Notes under the pieces: model-generated | What the model saw: the letters and a program-made list of their open reading frames with translations, nothing else | What the model was told of the DNA's origin: nothing | Databases searched by the model: none | Program-made: the position numbers and the translations under genes | Assembly: GCA_040954595.2 (NCBI GenBank) | Contig: CM082593.2 | Span: 10,355,844 to 10,419,843 of the forward strand | Direction: 5' to 3' | Source: Balanoglossus misakiensis | Taxonomy: Eukaryota; Animalia; Hemichordata | DNA length: 64,000 nt | Shown here: positions 34,201 through 49,200 of the stretch, piece after piece | Numbering within the stretch: position 1 is the first letter of the stretch | How the letters are laid out: each line of letters opens with the position of its first letter

Positions 34201-37200
34201 GTCGACTTTTGAAAAAAATCATGGGTGAAAATCATCAAAAAATGACAAATTTTCGTCTTTGCAAAATCTCAAAATTTTGTCGATTTTTGAAAAAAATCAT
34301 GGGTGAAAATCATCAAAAAACGACAAATTTTCGACTTTGCAAAATCTCAAAATTTCGTACATTTTTGAAAAAAAATCATGGGTGAAAATCATCAAAAAAT
34401 GACAAATTTTCGTCTTTGCAAAATCTCAAAATTTCGTCGATTTTTAAAAAAAAAATCATGGTGAAAATCATCAAAAAATGACAAATTTTCGACTTTGCAA
34501 AATCTCAAAATTTCGTCGATTTTTGAAAAAAATCATGGGTGAAAATCATCAAAAAAATGACAAATTTTCGACGTTGCAAAATCTCAAAATTTTGTTGATT
34601 TTTGACAAAAATCATAGGTGAAAATCATCAAAAAATGACAAATTTTCGACTTTGCAAAATCTCAAAATTTCGTCAATTTTGAATAAAAATCATGGGTGAA
34701 AATCATCAAAAAATGACAAATTTTCGACTTTGCAAAATCTCACAATTTCGTCGATTTTTGAAAAAAAATCATGGGTGAAAATGCATCAAAAAATGAGAAA
34801 TTTTCGACTCTGCAAAATCTCAAAATTTCGTCAATTTTGAAAAAAATCATGGGTGAAAATCATCAAAAAATGACAAATTTTCGACTTTGCAAAATCTCAA
34901 AATTTCGTCGATTTTTGAAAAAAATCATGGTGAAAAATCATCAAAAAAATGACAAATTTTCGACTTTGCAAAATCTCAAAATTTTGTTGATTTTTGAAAA
35001 AAATCATAGGTGAAAATCATCAAAAAATGACAAATTTTCGATTTTGCAAAATCTCAAAATTTCGTCGATTTTTGAAGAAAATCATGGGTGAAAATCATCA
35101 AAAAATTACAAATTTTCGACTTTGCAAAATCTCAAAATTTTTTCGATTGTTGAAAAAAATCATCGGTGAAAATCATCAAAAAATGACAAATTTTCGACTT
35201 TGCAAAATCTCAAAATTTCGTCGATTTTTGAAAAAAATCATGGGTGAAAATCATCAAAAAAATGACAAATTTTCGACGTTGCAAAATCTCAAAATTTTGT
35301 TGATTTTTGAAAAAAATCATAGGTGAAAATCATCAAAAAATGACAAATTTTCGACTTTGCAAAATCTCAAAATTTCGTCGATTTTTGAAGAAAGTCATGG
35401 GTGAAAATCATCAAAAAATGACAAATTTTCGACTTTGCAAAATCTCAAAATTTTTTCGATTTTTGAAAAATATCATTGGTGAAAATCATCAAAAAATGAC
35501 AAATTTTGAAAAAAAAACGGGTGAAAATCATCAAAAAATGACACATTTTCGACTTTGCAAAATCTCAAAATTTTTTCGATTGTTGAAAAAAATCATCGGT
35601 GAAAATCATCAAAAAATGACAAATTTTCGACTTTGCAAAATCTCAAAATTTCGTCGATTTTTGAAAAAAATCATGGGTGAAAATCATCAAAAAAATGACA
35701 AATTTTCGACTTTGCAAAATCTCAAAATTTTGTTGATTTTTGAAAAAAATCATAGGTGAAAATCATCAAAAAATGACAAATTTTCGACTTTGCAAAATCT
35801 CAAAATTTCGTCGATTTTTGAAAAAAATCATGGGTGAAAATCATCAAAAAAATGACAAATTTTCGACGTTGCAAAATCTCAAAATTTTGTTGATTTTTGA
35901 AAAAAATCATAGGTGAAAATCATCAAAAAATGACAAATTTTCGACTTTGCAAAATCTCAAAATTTCGTCGATTTTTGAAGAAAATCATGGGTGAAAATCA
36001 TCAAAAAATGACAAATTTTCGACTTTGCAAAATCTCAAAATTTTTTCGATTTTTGAAAAATATCATTGGTGAAAATCATCAAAAAATGACAATTTTTGAA
36101 AAAAAAACGGGTGAAAATCATCAAAAAATGACACATTTTCGACTTTGCAAAATCTCAAAATTTTTTCGATTGTTGAAAAAAATCATCGGTGAAAATCATC
36201 AAAAAATGACAAATTTTCGACTTTGCAAAATCTCAAAATTTCGTCGATTTTTGAAAAAAATCATGGGTGAAAATCATCAAAAAAATGACAAATTTTCGAC
36301 GTTGCAAAATCTCAAAATTTTGTTGATTTTTGACAAAAATCATAGGTGAAAATCATCAAAAAATGACAAATTTTCGACTTTGCAAAATCTCAAAATTTCG
36401 TCGATTTTTGAAGAAAATCATGGGTGAAAATCATCAAAAAATGACAAATTTTCGACTTTGCAAAATCTCAAAATTTTTTCGATTTTTGAAAAATATCATG
36501 GGTGAAAATCATCAAAAAATGACAAATTTTGAAAAAAAAACGGGTGAAAATGATCAAAAAATGACACATTTACGACTTTGCAAAATCTCAAAATTTCGTC
36601 GATTTTTGAAAAAAAATCATGGGTGAAAATCATCAAAAAATGAAAATTTTTCGTCTTTGCAAAATCTCAAAATTTCGTCCATTTTTGAAAAAAAAATCAT
36701 GGGTAAAAATCATCAAAAATGACAAATTTTCGTCTTTGCAAAATCTCAAAATTTCGTCGATTTTTGAAGAAAATCATGGGTGAAAATCATCAAAAAATGA
36801 CAAATTTTCGACTTTGCAAAATCTCAAATTTTTTTCGATTTTTGAAAAAAGACGGGTGAAAATCATCAAAAAATGACAAATTTTCGACTTTGCAAAATCT
36901 CAAAATTTCGTAGATTTTTGAAAAAAAACATGGGTAAAAATCATCAAAAAATGACAAATTTTCGACTTTGCAAAATCTCAAAATTTCGTCAATTTTGAAT
37001 AAAAATCATGGGTGAAAATCATTAAAAAATGACAAATTTTCGACTTTGCAAAATCTCACAATTTCGTCGATTTTTGAAAAAAAATCATGGGTGAAAATGC
37101 ATCAAAAAATGAGAAATTTTCGACTTTGCAAAATCTCAAAATTTCGTCAATTTTGAAAAAAATCATGGGTGAAAATCATCAAAAAATGACAAATTTTCGA

Positions 37201-40200
37201 CTTTGCAAAATCTCAAAATTTCGTCGATTTTTGAAAAAAATCATGGGTGAAAAATCATCAAAAAAATGACAAATTTTCGACTTTGCAAAATCTCAAAATT
37301 TTGTTGATTTTTGAAAAAAATCATAGGTGAAAATCATCAAAAAATGACAAATTTTCGACTTTGCAAAATCTCAAAATTTCGTCGATTTTTGAAGAAAATC
37401 ATGGGTGAAAATCATCAAAAAATTACAAATTTTCGACTTTGCAAAATCTCAAAATTTTTTCGATTGTTGAATAAAATCATCGGTGAAAATCATCAAAAAA
37501 TGACAAATTTTCGACTTTGCAAAATCTCAAAATTTCGTCGATTTTTGAAAAAAATCATGGGTGAAAATCATAAAAAAAATGACAAATTTTCGACGTTGCA
37601 AAATCTCAAAATTTTGTTGATTTTTGAAAAAAATCATAGGTGAAAATCATCAAAAAATGACAAATTTTCGACTTTGCAAAATCTCAAAATTTCGTCGATT
37701 TTTGAAGAAAATCATGGGTGAAAATCATCAAAAAATGACAAATTTTCGACTTTGCAAAATCTCAAAATTTTTTCGATTTTTGAAAAATATCATTGGTGAA
37801 AATCATCAAAAAATGACAAATTTTGAAAAAAAAACGGGTGAAAATCATCAAAAAATGACACATTTTCGACTTTGCAAAATCTCAAAATTTTTTCGATTGT
37901 TGAAAAAAATCATCGGTGAAAATCATCAAAAAATGACAAATTTTCGACTTTGCAAAATCTCAAAATTTCGTCGATTTTTGAAAAAAATCATGGGTGAAAA
38001 TCATCAAAAAAATGACAAATTTTCGACGTTGCAAAATCTCAAAATTTTGTTGATTTTTGACAAAAATCATAGGTGAAAATCATCAAAAAATGACAAATTT
38101 TCGACTTTGCAAAATCTCAAAATTTCGTCGATTTTTGAAGAAAATCATGGGTGAAAATCATCAAAAAATGACAAATTTTCGACTTTGCAAAATCTCAAAA
38201 TTTCGTCCATTTTTGAAAAAAAAATAATGGGTAAAAATCATCAAAAATGACAAATTTTCGTCTTTGCAAAATCTCAAAATTTCGTCGATTTTTGAAGAAA
38301 ATCATGGGTGAAAATCATCAAAAAATGACAAAATTTTCGACTTTGCAAAATCTCAAAATTTCGTCGATTTTTGAAAAAAATCATGGGGGAAAATCATGAA
38401 AAAATGACAAATTTTCCTCTTTGCAAAATCTTAAAATTTCGTCGATTTTTGAAAAAAAATCATGGGTGAAAATCATCAAAAAATGACAAATTTTCGTCTT
38501 TGCAAAATCTCAAATTTTCGTCGATTTTTGAAAAAAAATCATGGTTGAAAATCATCAAAAAATGACAAAATTTTCGACTTTGTAAAATCACAAAATTTCG
38601 TCGATTTTGAAAAAAATCATAGGTTCGTCGATTTTTTAAAAAAAAACATGGGTGAAAATCATCAAAAAATGACAAATTTTGAAAAAAAAACGGGTGAAAA
38701 TCATCAAAAAATGACACATTTTCGACTTTGCAAAATCTCAAAATTTCGTCGATTTTTGAAAAAAAACCGGGTGAAAATCATCAAAAAATGACAAATTTTG
38801 AAAAAAAAACGGGTGAAAATCATCAAAAAATGACACATTTTCGACTTTGTAAAATCACAAAATTTCGTCGATTTTGAAAAAAATCATAGGTTCGTCGATT
38901 TTTTTAAAAAAAAACATGGGTGAAAATCATCAAAAAATAACAAATTTTGAAAAAAAAACGGGTGAAAATCATCAAAAAATGACACATTTACGACTTTGCA
39001 AAATCTCAAAATTTCGTCGATTTTTGAAAAAAAATCATGGGTGAAAATCATCAAAAAATGAAAATTTTTCGTCTTTGCAAAATCTCAAAATTTCGTCCAT
39101 TTTTGAAAAAAAAAATCATGGGTAAAAATCATCAAAAATGACAAATTTTCGTCTTTGCAAAATCTCAAAATTTCGTCGATTTTTGAAGAAAATCATGGGT
39201 GAAAATCATCAAAAAATGACAAATTTTCGACTTTGCAAAATCTCAAAATTTTTTCGATTTTTGAAAAAAGACATGGGTGAAAATCATCAAAAAATGACAC
39301 ATTTTCGTCGACTTTGCAAAATCTCAAAATTTCGTCGATTTTTGAAAAAAAATCATGGGGGAAAATCATGAAAAAATGACAAATTTTCCTCTTTGCAAAA
39401 TCTCAAAATTTCGTCGATTTTTAAAAAAAGACATGGGTGAAAATCATCAAAAAATAACAAATTTTCGACTTTGCAAAATCTCAAAATTTCGTCCATTTTT
39501 GAAAAAAAATCATGGGTAAAAATCATCAAAAAATGACAAATTTTGAAAAGAAAACGGGTGAAAATCATCAAAAAATGACACATTTTCGACTTTGCAAAAT
39601 CTCAAAATTTCGTCGATTTTTGAAAAAAAATCATGGGTGAAAATCATCAAAAAATGACAAATATTCGTCTTTGCAAAATCTCAAAATTTCGTCCATTTCT
39701 GAAACAAAATTATGGGTAAAAATCATCAAAAATGACAAATTTTCATCTTTGCAAAATCTCAAAATTTCGTCGAGTTTTGAAAAAAATCATGGGGGAAAAT
39801 CATGAAAAAATGACAAATTTTCCTCTTTGCAAAATCTCAAAATTTCGTCGATTTTTAAAAAAAGACATGGATGAAAATCATCAAAAAATAACAAATTTTC
39901 GACTTTGCAAAATCTCAAAATTTCGTCCATTTTTGAAAAAAAATCATGGGTAAAAATCATCAAAAAATGACAAATTTTGAAAAAAAACGGGTGAAAATCA
40001 TCAAAAAATGACACATTTTCGACTTTGCAAAATCTCAAAATTTCGTCGATTTTTGAAAAAAAATCATGGGTGAAAATCATCAAAAAATGACAAATTTTCG
40101 TCTTTGCAAAATCTCAAATTTTGTCCATTTCTGAAAAAAAATTATGGGTAAAAATCATCAAAAATGACAAATTTTCATCTTTGCAAAATCTCAAATTTTC

Positions 40201-43200
40201 GTCGATTTTTGAAAAAAATCATGGTTGAATATCATCAAAAAATGACAAAATTTTCGACTCTGCAAAATCTCAAAATTTCGTCGAATTTTGAAAAAAATCA
40301 TGGGGGAAAATCATGAAAAAATGACAAATTTTCCTCTTTGCAAAATCTTAAAATTTCGTCGATTTTTGAAAAAAAATCATGGGTGAAAATCATCAAAAAA
40401 TGACAAATTTTCGTCTTTGCAAAATCTCAAATTTTCGTCGATTTTTGAAAAAAAATCATGGTTGAAAATCATCAAAAAATGACAAAATTTTCGACTTTGT
40501 AAAATCACAAAATTTCGTCGATTTTGAAAAAAATCATAGGTTCGTCGATTTTTTAAAAAAAAACATGGGTGAAAATCATCAAAAAATGACAAATTTTGAA
40601 AAAAAAACGGGTGAAAATCATCAAAAAATGACACATTTTCGACTTTGCAAAATCTCAAAATTTCGTCGATTTTTGAAAAAAAAACGGGTGAAAATCATCA
40701 AAAAATGACAAATTTTGAAAAAAAACGGGTGAAAATCATCAAAAAATGACACATTTTCGACTTTGTATAATCACAAAATTTCGTCGATTTTGAAAAAAAT
40801 CATAGGTTCGTCGATTTTTTTAAAAAAAACATGGGTGAAAATCATCAAAAAATGACAAATTTTGAAAAAAAAACGGGTGAAAATCATCAAAAAATGACAC
40901 ATTTACGACTTTGCAAAATCTCAAAATTTCGTCGATTTTTGAAAAAAAATCATGGGTGAAAATCATCAAAAAATGAAAATTTTTCGTCTTTGCAAAATCT
41001 CAAAATTTTTTCGATTTTTGAAAAAAGACGGGTGAAAATCATCAAAAAATGACAAATTTTCGACTTTGCAAAATCTCAAAATTTCGTAGATTTTTGAAAA
41101 AAACATGGGTAAAAATCATCAAAAAATGACAAATTTTCGACTTTGCAAAATCTCAAAATTTCGTCAATTTTGAATAAAAATCATGGGTGAAAATCATCAA
41201 AAAATGACAAATTTTCGACTTTGCAAAATCTCACAATTTCGTCGATTTTTGAAAAAAAATCATGGGTGAAAATGCATCAAAAAATGAGAAATTTTCGACT
41301 TTGCAAAATCTCAAAATTTCGTCAATTTTGAAAAAAATCATGGGTGAAAATCATCAAAAAATGACAAATTTTCGACTTTGCAAAATCTCAAAATTTCGTC
41401 GATTTTTGAAAAAAATCATGGGTGAAAAATCATCAAAAAAATGACAAATTTTCGACTTTGCAAAATCTCAAAATTTTGTTGATTTTTGAAAAAAATCATA
41501 GGTGAAAATCATCAAAAAATGACAAATTTTCGACTTTGCAAAATCTCAAAATTTCGTCGATTTTTGAAGAAAATCATGGGTGAAAATCATCAAAAAATGA
41601 CAAATTTTCGACTTTGCAAAATCTCAAAATTTTTTCGATTGTTGAAAAAAATCATCGGTGAAAATCATCAAAAAATGACAAATTTTCGACTTTGCAAAAT
41701 CTCAAAATTTCGTCGATTTTTGAAAAAAATCATGGGTGAAAATCATCAAAAAAATGACAAATTTTCGACGTTGCAAAATCTCAAAATTTTGTTGATTTTT
41801 GACAAAAATCATAGGTGAAAATCATCAAAAAATGACAAATTTTCGACTTTGCAAAATCTCAAAATTTCGTCGATTTTTGAAGAAAATCATGGGTGAAAAT
41901 CATCAAAAAATGACAAATTTTCGACTTTGCAAAATCTCAAAATTTTTTCGATTTTTGAAAAATATCATGGGTGAAAATCATCAAAAAATGACAAATTTTG
42001 AAAAAAAAACGGGTGAAAATGATCAAAAAATGACACATTTACGACTTTGCAAAATCTCAAAATTTCGTCGATTTTTGAAAAAAAATCATGGGTGAAAATC
42101 ATCAAAAAATGAAAATTTTTCGTCTTTGCAAAATCTCAAAATTTCGTCCATTTTTGAAAAAAAAATCATGGGTAAAAATCATCAAAAATGACAAATTTTC
42201 GTCTTTGCAAAATCTCAAAATTTCGTCGATTTTTGAAGAAAATCATGGGTGAAAATCATCAAAAAATGACAAATTTTCGACTTTGCAAAATCTCAAATTT
42301 TTTTCGATTTTTGAAAAAAGACGGGTGAAAATCATCAAAAAATGACAAATTTTCGACTTTGCAAAATCTCAAAATTTCGTAGATTTTTGAAAAAAAACAT
42401 GGGTAAAAATCATCAAAAAATGACAAATTTTCGACTTTGCAAAATCTCAAAATTTCGTCAATTTTGAATAAAAATCATGGGTGAAAATCATTAAAAAATG
42501 ACAAATTTTCGACTTTGCAAAATCTCACAATTTCGTCGATTTTTGAAAAAAAATCATGGGTGAAAATGCATCAAAAAATGAGAAATTTTCGACTTTGCAA
42601 AATCTCAAAATTTCGTCAATTTTGAAAAAAATCATGGGTGAAAATCATCAAAAAATGACAAATTTTCGACTTTGCAAAATCTCAAAATTTCGTCGATTTT
42701 TGAAAAAAATCATGGGTGAAAATCATCAAAAAATGACAAATTTTCGACGTTGCAAAATCTCAAAATTTTGTTGATTTTTGACAAAAATCATAGGTGAAAA
42801 TCATCAAAAAATGACAAATTTTCGACTTTGCAAAATCTCAAAATTTCGTCGATTTTTGAAGAAAATCATGGGTGAAAATCATCAAAAAATGACAAATTTT
42901 CGACTTTGCAAAATCTCAAAATTTTTCGATTTTTGAAAAATATCATGGGTGAAAATCATCAAAAAATGACAAATTTTGAAAAAAAACGGGTGAAAATGAT
43001 CAAAAAATGACACATTTACGACTTTGCAAAATCTCAAAATTTCGTCGATTTTTGAAAAAAAATCATGGGTGAAAATCATCAAAAAATGAAAATTTTTCGT
43101 CTTTGCAAAATCTCAAAATTTCGTCCATTTTTGAAAAAAAAATCATGGGTAAAAATCATCAAAAATGACAAATTTTCGTCTTTGCAAAATCTCAAAATTT

Positions 43201-46200
43201 CGTCGATTTTTGAAGAAAATCATGGGTGAAAATCATCAAAAAATGACAAATTTTCGACTTTGCAAAATCTCAAATTTTTTTCGATTTTTGAAAAAAGACG
43301 GGTGAAAATCATCAAAAAATGACAAATTTTCGACTTTGCAAAATCTCAAAATTTCGTAGATTTTTGAAAAAAAACATGGGTAAAAATCATCAAAAAATGA
43401 CAAATTTTCGACTTTGCAAAATCTCAAAATTTCGTCAATTTTGAATAAAAATCATGGGTGAAAATCATTAAAAAATGACAAATTTTCGACTTTGCAAAAT
43501 CTCACAATTTCGTCGATTTTTGAAAAAAAATCATGGGTGAAAATGCATCAAAAAATGAGAAATTTTCGACTTTGCAAAATCTCAAAATTTCGTCAATTTT
43601 GAAAAAAATCATGGGTGAAAATCATCAAAAAATGACAAATTTTCGACTTTGCAAAATCTCAAAATTTCGTCGATTTTTGAAAAAAATCATGGGTGAAAAA
43701 TCATCAAAAAATGACAAATTTTCGACTTTGCAAAATCTCAAAATTTTGTTGATTTTTGAAAAAAATCATAGGTGAAAATCATCAAAAAATGACAAATTTT
43801 CGACTTTGCAAAATCTCAAAATTTCGTCGATTTTTGAAGAAAATCATGGGTGAAAATCATCAAAAAATTACAAATTTTCGACTTTGCAAAATCTCAAAAT
43901 TTTTTCGATTGTTGAATAAAATCATCGGTGAAAATCATCAAAAAATGACAAATTTTCGACTTTGCAAAATCTCAAAATTTCGTCGATTTTTGAAAAAAAT
44001 CATGGGTGAAAATCATAAAAAAAATGACAAATTTTCGACGTTGCAAAATCTCAAAATTTTGTTGATTTTTGAAAAAAATCATAGGTGAAAATCATCAAAA
44101 AATGACAAATTTTCGACTTTGCAAAATCTCAAAATTTCGTCGATTTTTGAAGAAAATCATGGGTGAAAATCATCAAAAAATGACAAATTTTCGACTTTGC
44201 AAAATCTCAAAATTTTTTCGATTTTTGAAAAATATCATTGGTGAAAATCATCAAAAAATGACAAATTTTGAAAAAAAAACGGGTGAAAATCATCAAAAAA
44301 TGACACATTTTCGACTTTGCAAAATCTCAAAATTTTTTCGATTGTTGAAAAAAATCATCGGTGAAAATCATCAAAAAATGACAAATTTTCGACTTTGCAA
44401 AATCTCAAAATTTCGTCGATTTTTGAAAAAAATCATGGGTGAAAATCATCAAAAAAATGACAAATTTTCGACGTTGCAAAATCTCAAAATTTTGTTGATT
44501 TTTGACAAAAATCATAGGTGAAAATCATCAAAAAATGACAAATTTTCGACTTTGCAAAATCTCAAAATTTCGTCGATTTTTGAAGAAAATCATAGGTGAA
44601 AATCATCAAAAAATGACAAATTTTCGACTTTGCAAAATCTCAAAATTTCGTCGATTTTTGAAGAAAATCATGGGTGAAAATCATCAAAAAATTACAAATT
44701 TTCGACTTTGCAAAATCTCAAAATTTTTTCGATTGTTGAATAAAATCATCGGTGAAAATCATCAAAAAATGACAAATTTTCGACTTTGCAAAATCTCAAA
44801 ATTTCGTCGATTTTTGAAAAAAATCATGGGTGAAAATCATAAAAAAAATGACAAATTTTCGACGTTGCAAAATCTCAAAATTTTGTTGATTTTTGAAAAA
44901 AATCATAGGTGAAAATCATCAAAAAATGACAAATTTTCGACTTTGCAAAATCTCAAAATTTCGTCGATTTTTGAAGAAAATCATGGGTGAAAATCATCAA
45001 AAAATGACAAATTTTCGACTTTGCAAAATCTCAAAATTTTTTCGATTTTTGAAAAATATCATTGGTGAAAATCATCAAAAAATGACAAATTTTGAAAAAA
45101 AAACGGGTGAAAATCATCAAAAAATGACACATTTTCGACTTTGCAAAATCTCAAAATTTTTTCGATTGTTGAAAAAAATCATCGGTGAAAATCATCAAAA
45201 AATGACAAATTTTCGACTTTGCAAAATCTCAAAATTTCGTCGATTTTTGAAAAAAATCATGGGTGAAAATCATCAAAAAAATGACAAATTTTCGACGTTG
45301 CAAAATCTCAAAATTTTGTTGATTTTTGACAAAAATCATAGGTGAAAATCATCAAAAAATGACAAATTTTCGACTTTGCAAAATCTCAAAATTTCGTCGA
45401 TTTTTGAAGAAAATCATGGGTGAAAATCATCAAAAAATGACAAATTTTCGACTTTGCAAAATCTCAAAATTTCGTCCATTTTTGAAAAAAAAATCATGGG
45501 TAAAAATCATCAAAAATGACAAATTTTCGTCTTTGCAAAATCTCAAAATTTCGTCGATTTTTGAAGAAAATCATGGGTGAAAATCATCAAAAAATGACAA
45601 AATTTTCGACTTTGCAAAATCTCAAAATTTCGTCGATTTTTGAAAAAAATCATGGGGGAAAATCATGAAAAAATGACAAATTTTCCTCTTTGCAAAATCT
45701 TAAAATTTCGTCGATTTTTGAAAAAAAATCATGGGTGAAAATCATCAAAAAATGACAAATTTTCGTCTTTGCAAAATCTCAAATTTTCGTCGATTTTTGA
45801 AAAAAAATCATGGTTGAAAATCATCAAAAAATGACAAAATTTTCGACTTTGTAAAATCACAAAATTTCGTCGATTTTGAAAAAAATCATAGGTTCGTCGA
45901 TTTTTTAAAAAAAAACATGGGTGAAAATCATCAAAAAATGACAAATTTTGAAAAAAAAACGGGTGAAAATCATCAAAAAATGACACATTTTCGACTTTGC
46001 AAAATCTCAAAATTTCGTCGATTTTTGAAAAAAAACCGGGTGAAAATCATCAAAAAATGACAAATTTTGAAAAAAAAACGGGTGAAAATCATCAAAAAAT
46101 GACACATTTTCGACTTTGTAAAATCACAAAATTTCGTCGATTTTGAAAAAAATCATAGGTTCGTCGATTTTTTAAAAAAAAACATGGGTGAAAATCATCA

Positions 46201-49200
46201 AAAAATAACAAATTTTGAAAAAAAAACGGGTGAAAATCATCAAAAAATGACACATTTACGACTTTGCAAAATCTCAAAATTTCGTCGATTTTTGAAAAAA
46301 AATCATGGGTGAAAATCATCAAAAAATGAAAATTTTTCGTCTTTGCAAAATCTCAAAATTTCGTCCATTTTTGAAAAAAAAATCATGGGTAAAAATCATC
46401 AAAAATGACAAATTTTCGTCTTTGCAAAATCTCAAAATTTCGTCGATTTTTGAAGAAAATCATGGGTGAAAATCATCAAAAAATGACAAATTTTCGACTT
46501 TGCAAAATCTCAAAATTTTTTCGATTTTTGAAAAAAGACATGGGTGAAAATCATCAAAAAATGACACATTTTCGTCGACTTTGCAAAATCTCAAAATTTC
46601 GTCGATTTTTGAAAAAAATCATGGGGGAAAATCATGAAAAAATGACAAATTTTCCTCTTTGCAAAATCTCAAAATTTCGTCGATTTTTAAAAAAAGACAT
46701 GGGTGAAAATCATCAAAAAATAACAAATTTTCGACTTTGCAAAATCTCAAAATTTCGTCCATTTTTGAAAAAAAATCATGGGTAAAAATCATCAAAAAAT
46801 GACAAATTTTGAAAAGAAAACGGGTGAAAATCATCAAAAAATGACACATTTTCGACTTTGCAAAATCTCAAAATTTCGTCGATTTTTGAAAAAAAATCAT
46901 GGGTGAAAATCATCAAAAAATGACAAATATTCGTCTTTGCAAAATCTCAAAATTTCGTCCATTTCTGAAACAAAATTATGGGTAAAAATCATCAAAAATG
47001 ACAAATTTTCATCTTTGCAAAATCTCAAAATTTCGTCGAGTTTTGAAAAAAATCATGGGGGAAAATCATGAAAAAATGACAAATTTTCCTCTTTGCAAAA
47101 TCTCAAAATTTCGTCGATTTTTAAAAAAAGACATGGATGAAAATCATCAAAAAATAACAAATTTTCGACTTTGCAAAATCTCAAAATTTCGTCCATTTTT
47201 GAAAAAAAATCATGGGTAAAAATCATCAAAAAATGACAAATTTTGAAAAAAAAACGGGTGAAAATCATCAAAAAATGACACATTTTCGACTTTGCAAAAT
47301 CTCAAAATTTCGTCGATTTTTGAAAAAAAATCATGGGTGAAAATCATCAAAAAATGACAAATTTTCGTCTTTGCAAAATCTCAAATTTTGTCCATTTCTG
47401 AAAAAAAATTATGGGTAAAAATCATCAAAAATGACAAATTTTCATCTTTGCAAAATCTCAAATTTTCGTCGATTTTTGAAAAAAATCATGGTTGAATATC
47501 ATCAAAAAATGACAAAATTTTCGACTCTGCAAAATCTCAAAATTTCGTCGATTTTTGAAAAAAATCATGGGGGAAAATCATGAAAAAATGACAAATTTTC
47601 ATCTTTGCAAAATCTCAAAATTTCGTCCATTTTTGAAAAAAAATCATGGGTAAAAATCATCAAAAAATGACAAATTTTGAAAAAAAACGGGTGAAAATCA
47701 TCAAAAAATGACACATTTTCGACTTTGCAAAATCTCAAAATTTCGTCGATTTTTGAAAAAAATCATGGGGGAAAATCATGAAAAAAATGACAAATTTTCC
47801 TCTTTGCCAAATCTCAAAATTTCGTCGGTTTTTGAAAAATAATATGGGTGAAAATCATCAAAAAATGACAAATTTTCCTCTCTGCAAAATCTCAAAATTT
47901 CGTCGATTTTTGAAAAAAAATCTTGGGTGAAAATCATCAAAAAATGACAAATTTTCGTCTTTGCAAAATCTCAAAATTTCGTCCATTTTTGAAAAAAAAT
48001 CATGGGTAAAAATCATCAAAAATGACAAATTTTCGTCTTTGCAAAATCTCAAATTTTCGTCGATTTTTGAAAAAAAATCATGGTTGAAAATCATCAAAAA
48101 ATGACAAAATTTTCGACTTTGTAAAATCACAAAATTTCGTCGATTTTGAAAAAAATCATAGGTTCGTCGATTTTTAAAAAAAAAACATGGGTGAAAATCA
48201 TCAAAAAATGACAAATTTTGAAAAAAAAACGGGTGAAAATCATCAAAAAAATGACACATTTTCGTCGACTTTGCAAAATCTCAAAATTTCGTCGATTTTT
48301 GAAAAAAATCATGGGGGAAAATCATGAAAAAATGACAAATTTTCCTCTTTGCAAAATCTCAAAATTTCGTCGATTTTTGAAAAAAATCATGGGTGAAAAT
48401 CATCAAAAAATGACACATTTTCGTCGACTTTGCAAAATCTCAAAATTTCGTCGATTTTTGAAAAAAATCATGGGTGAAAATCATCAAAAAATGACACATT
48501 TTCGTCGACTTTGCAAAATCTCAAAATTTCGTCGATTTTTGAAAAAAATCATGGGGGAAAATCATGAAAAAATGACAAATTTTCCTCTTTGCAAAATCTC
48601 AAAATTTCGTCGATTTTTAAAAAAAGACATGGGTGAAAATCATCAAAAAATGACAAATTTTGAAAAAAAAACGGGTGAAAATCATCAAAAAATGACACAT
48701 TTTCGACTTTGCAAAATCTCAAAATTTCGTCGATTTTTGAAAAAAAAACGGGTGAAAATCATCAAAAAATGACAAATTTTGAAAAAAAAACGGGTGAAAA
48801 TCATCAAAAAATGACACATTTACGACTTTGCAAAATCTCAAAATTTCGTCGATTTTTGAAAAAAAATCATGGGTGAAAATCATCAAAAAATGAAAATTTT
48901 TCGTCTTTGCAAAATCTCAAAATTTCGTCCATTTTTGAAAAAAAATCATGGGTAAAAATCATCAAAAATGACAAATTTTCGTCTTTGCAAAATCTCAAAA
49001 TTTCGTCGATTTTTGAAGAAAATCATGGGTGAAAATCATCAAAAAATGACAAATTTTCGACTTTGCAAAATCTCAAAATTTTTTCGATTTTTGAAAAAAA
49101 ACATGGGTAAAAATTATCAAAAAATGACAAATTTTCGACTTTGCAAAATCTAAAAATTTCGTCGATTTTTGAAAAAAATCATGGGTGAAAATCATCAAAA

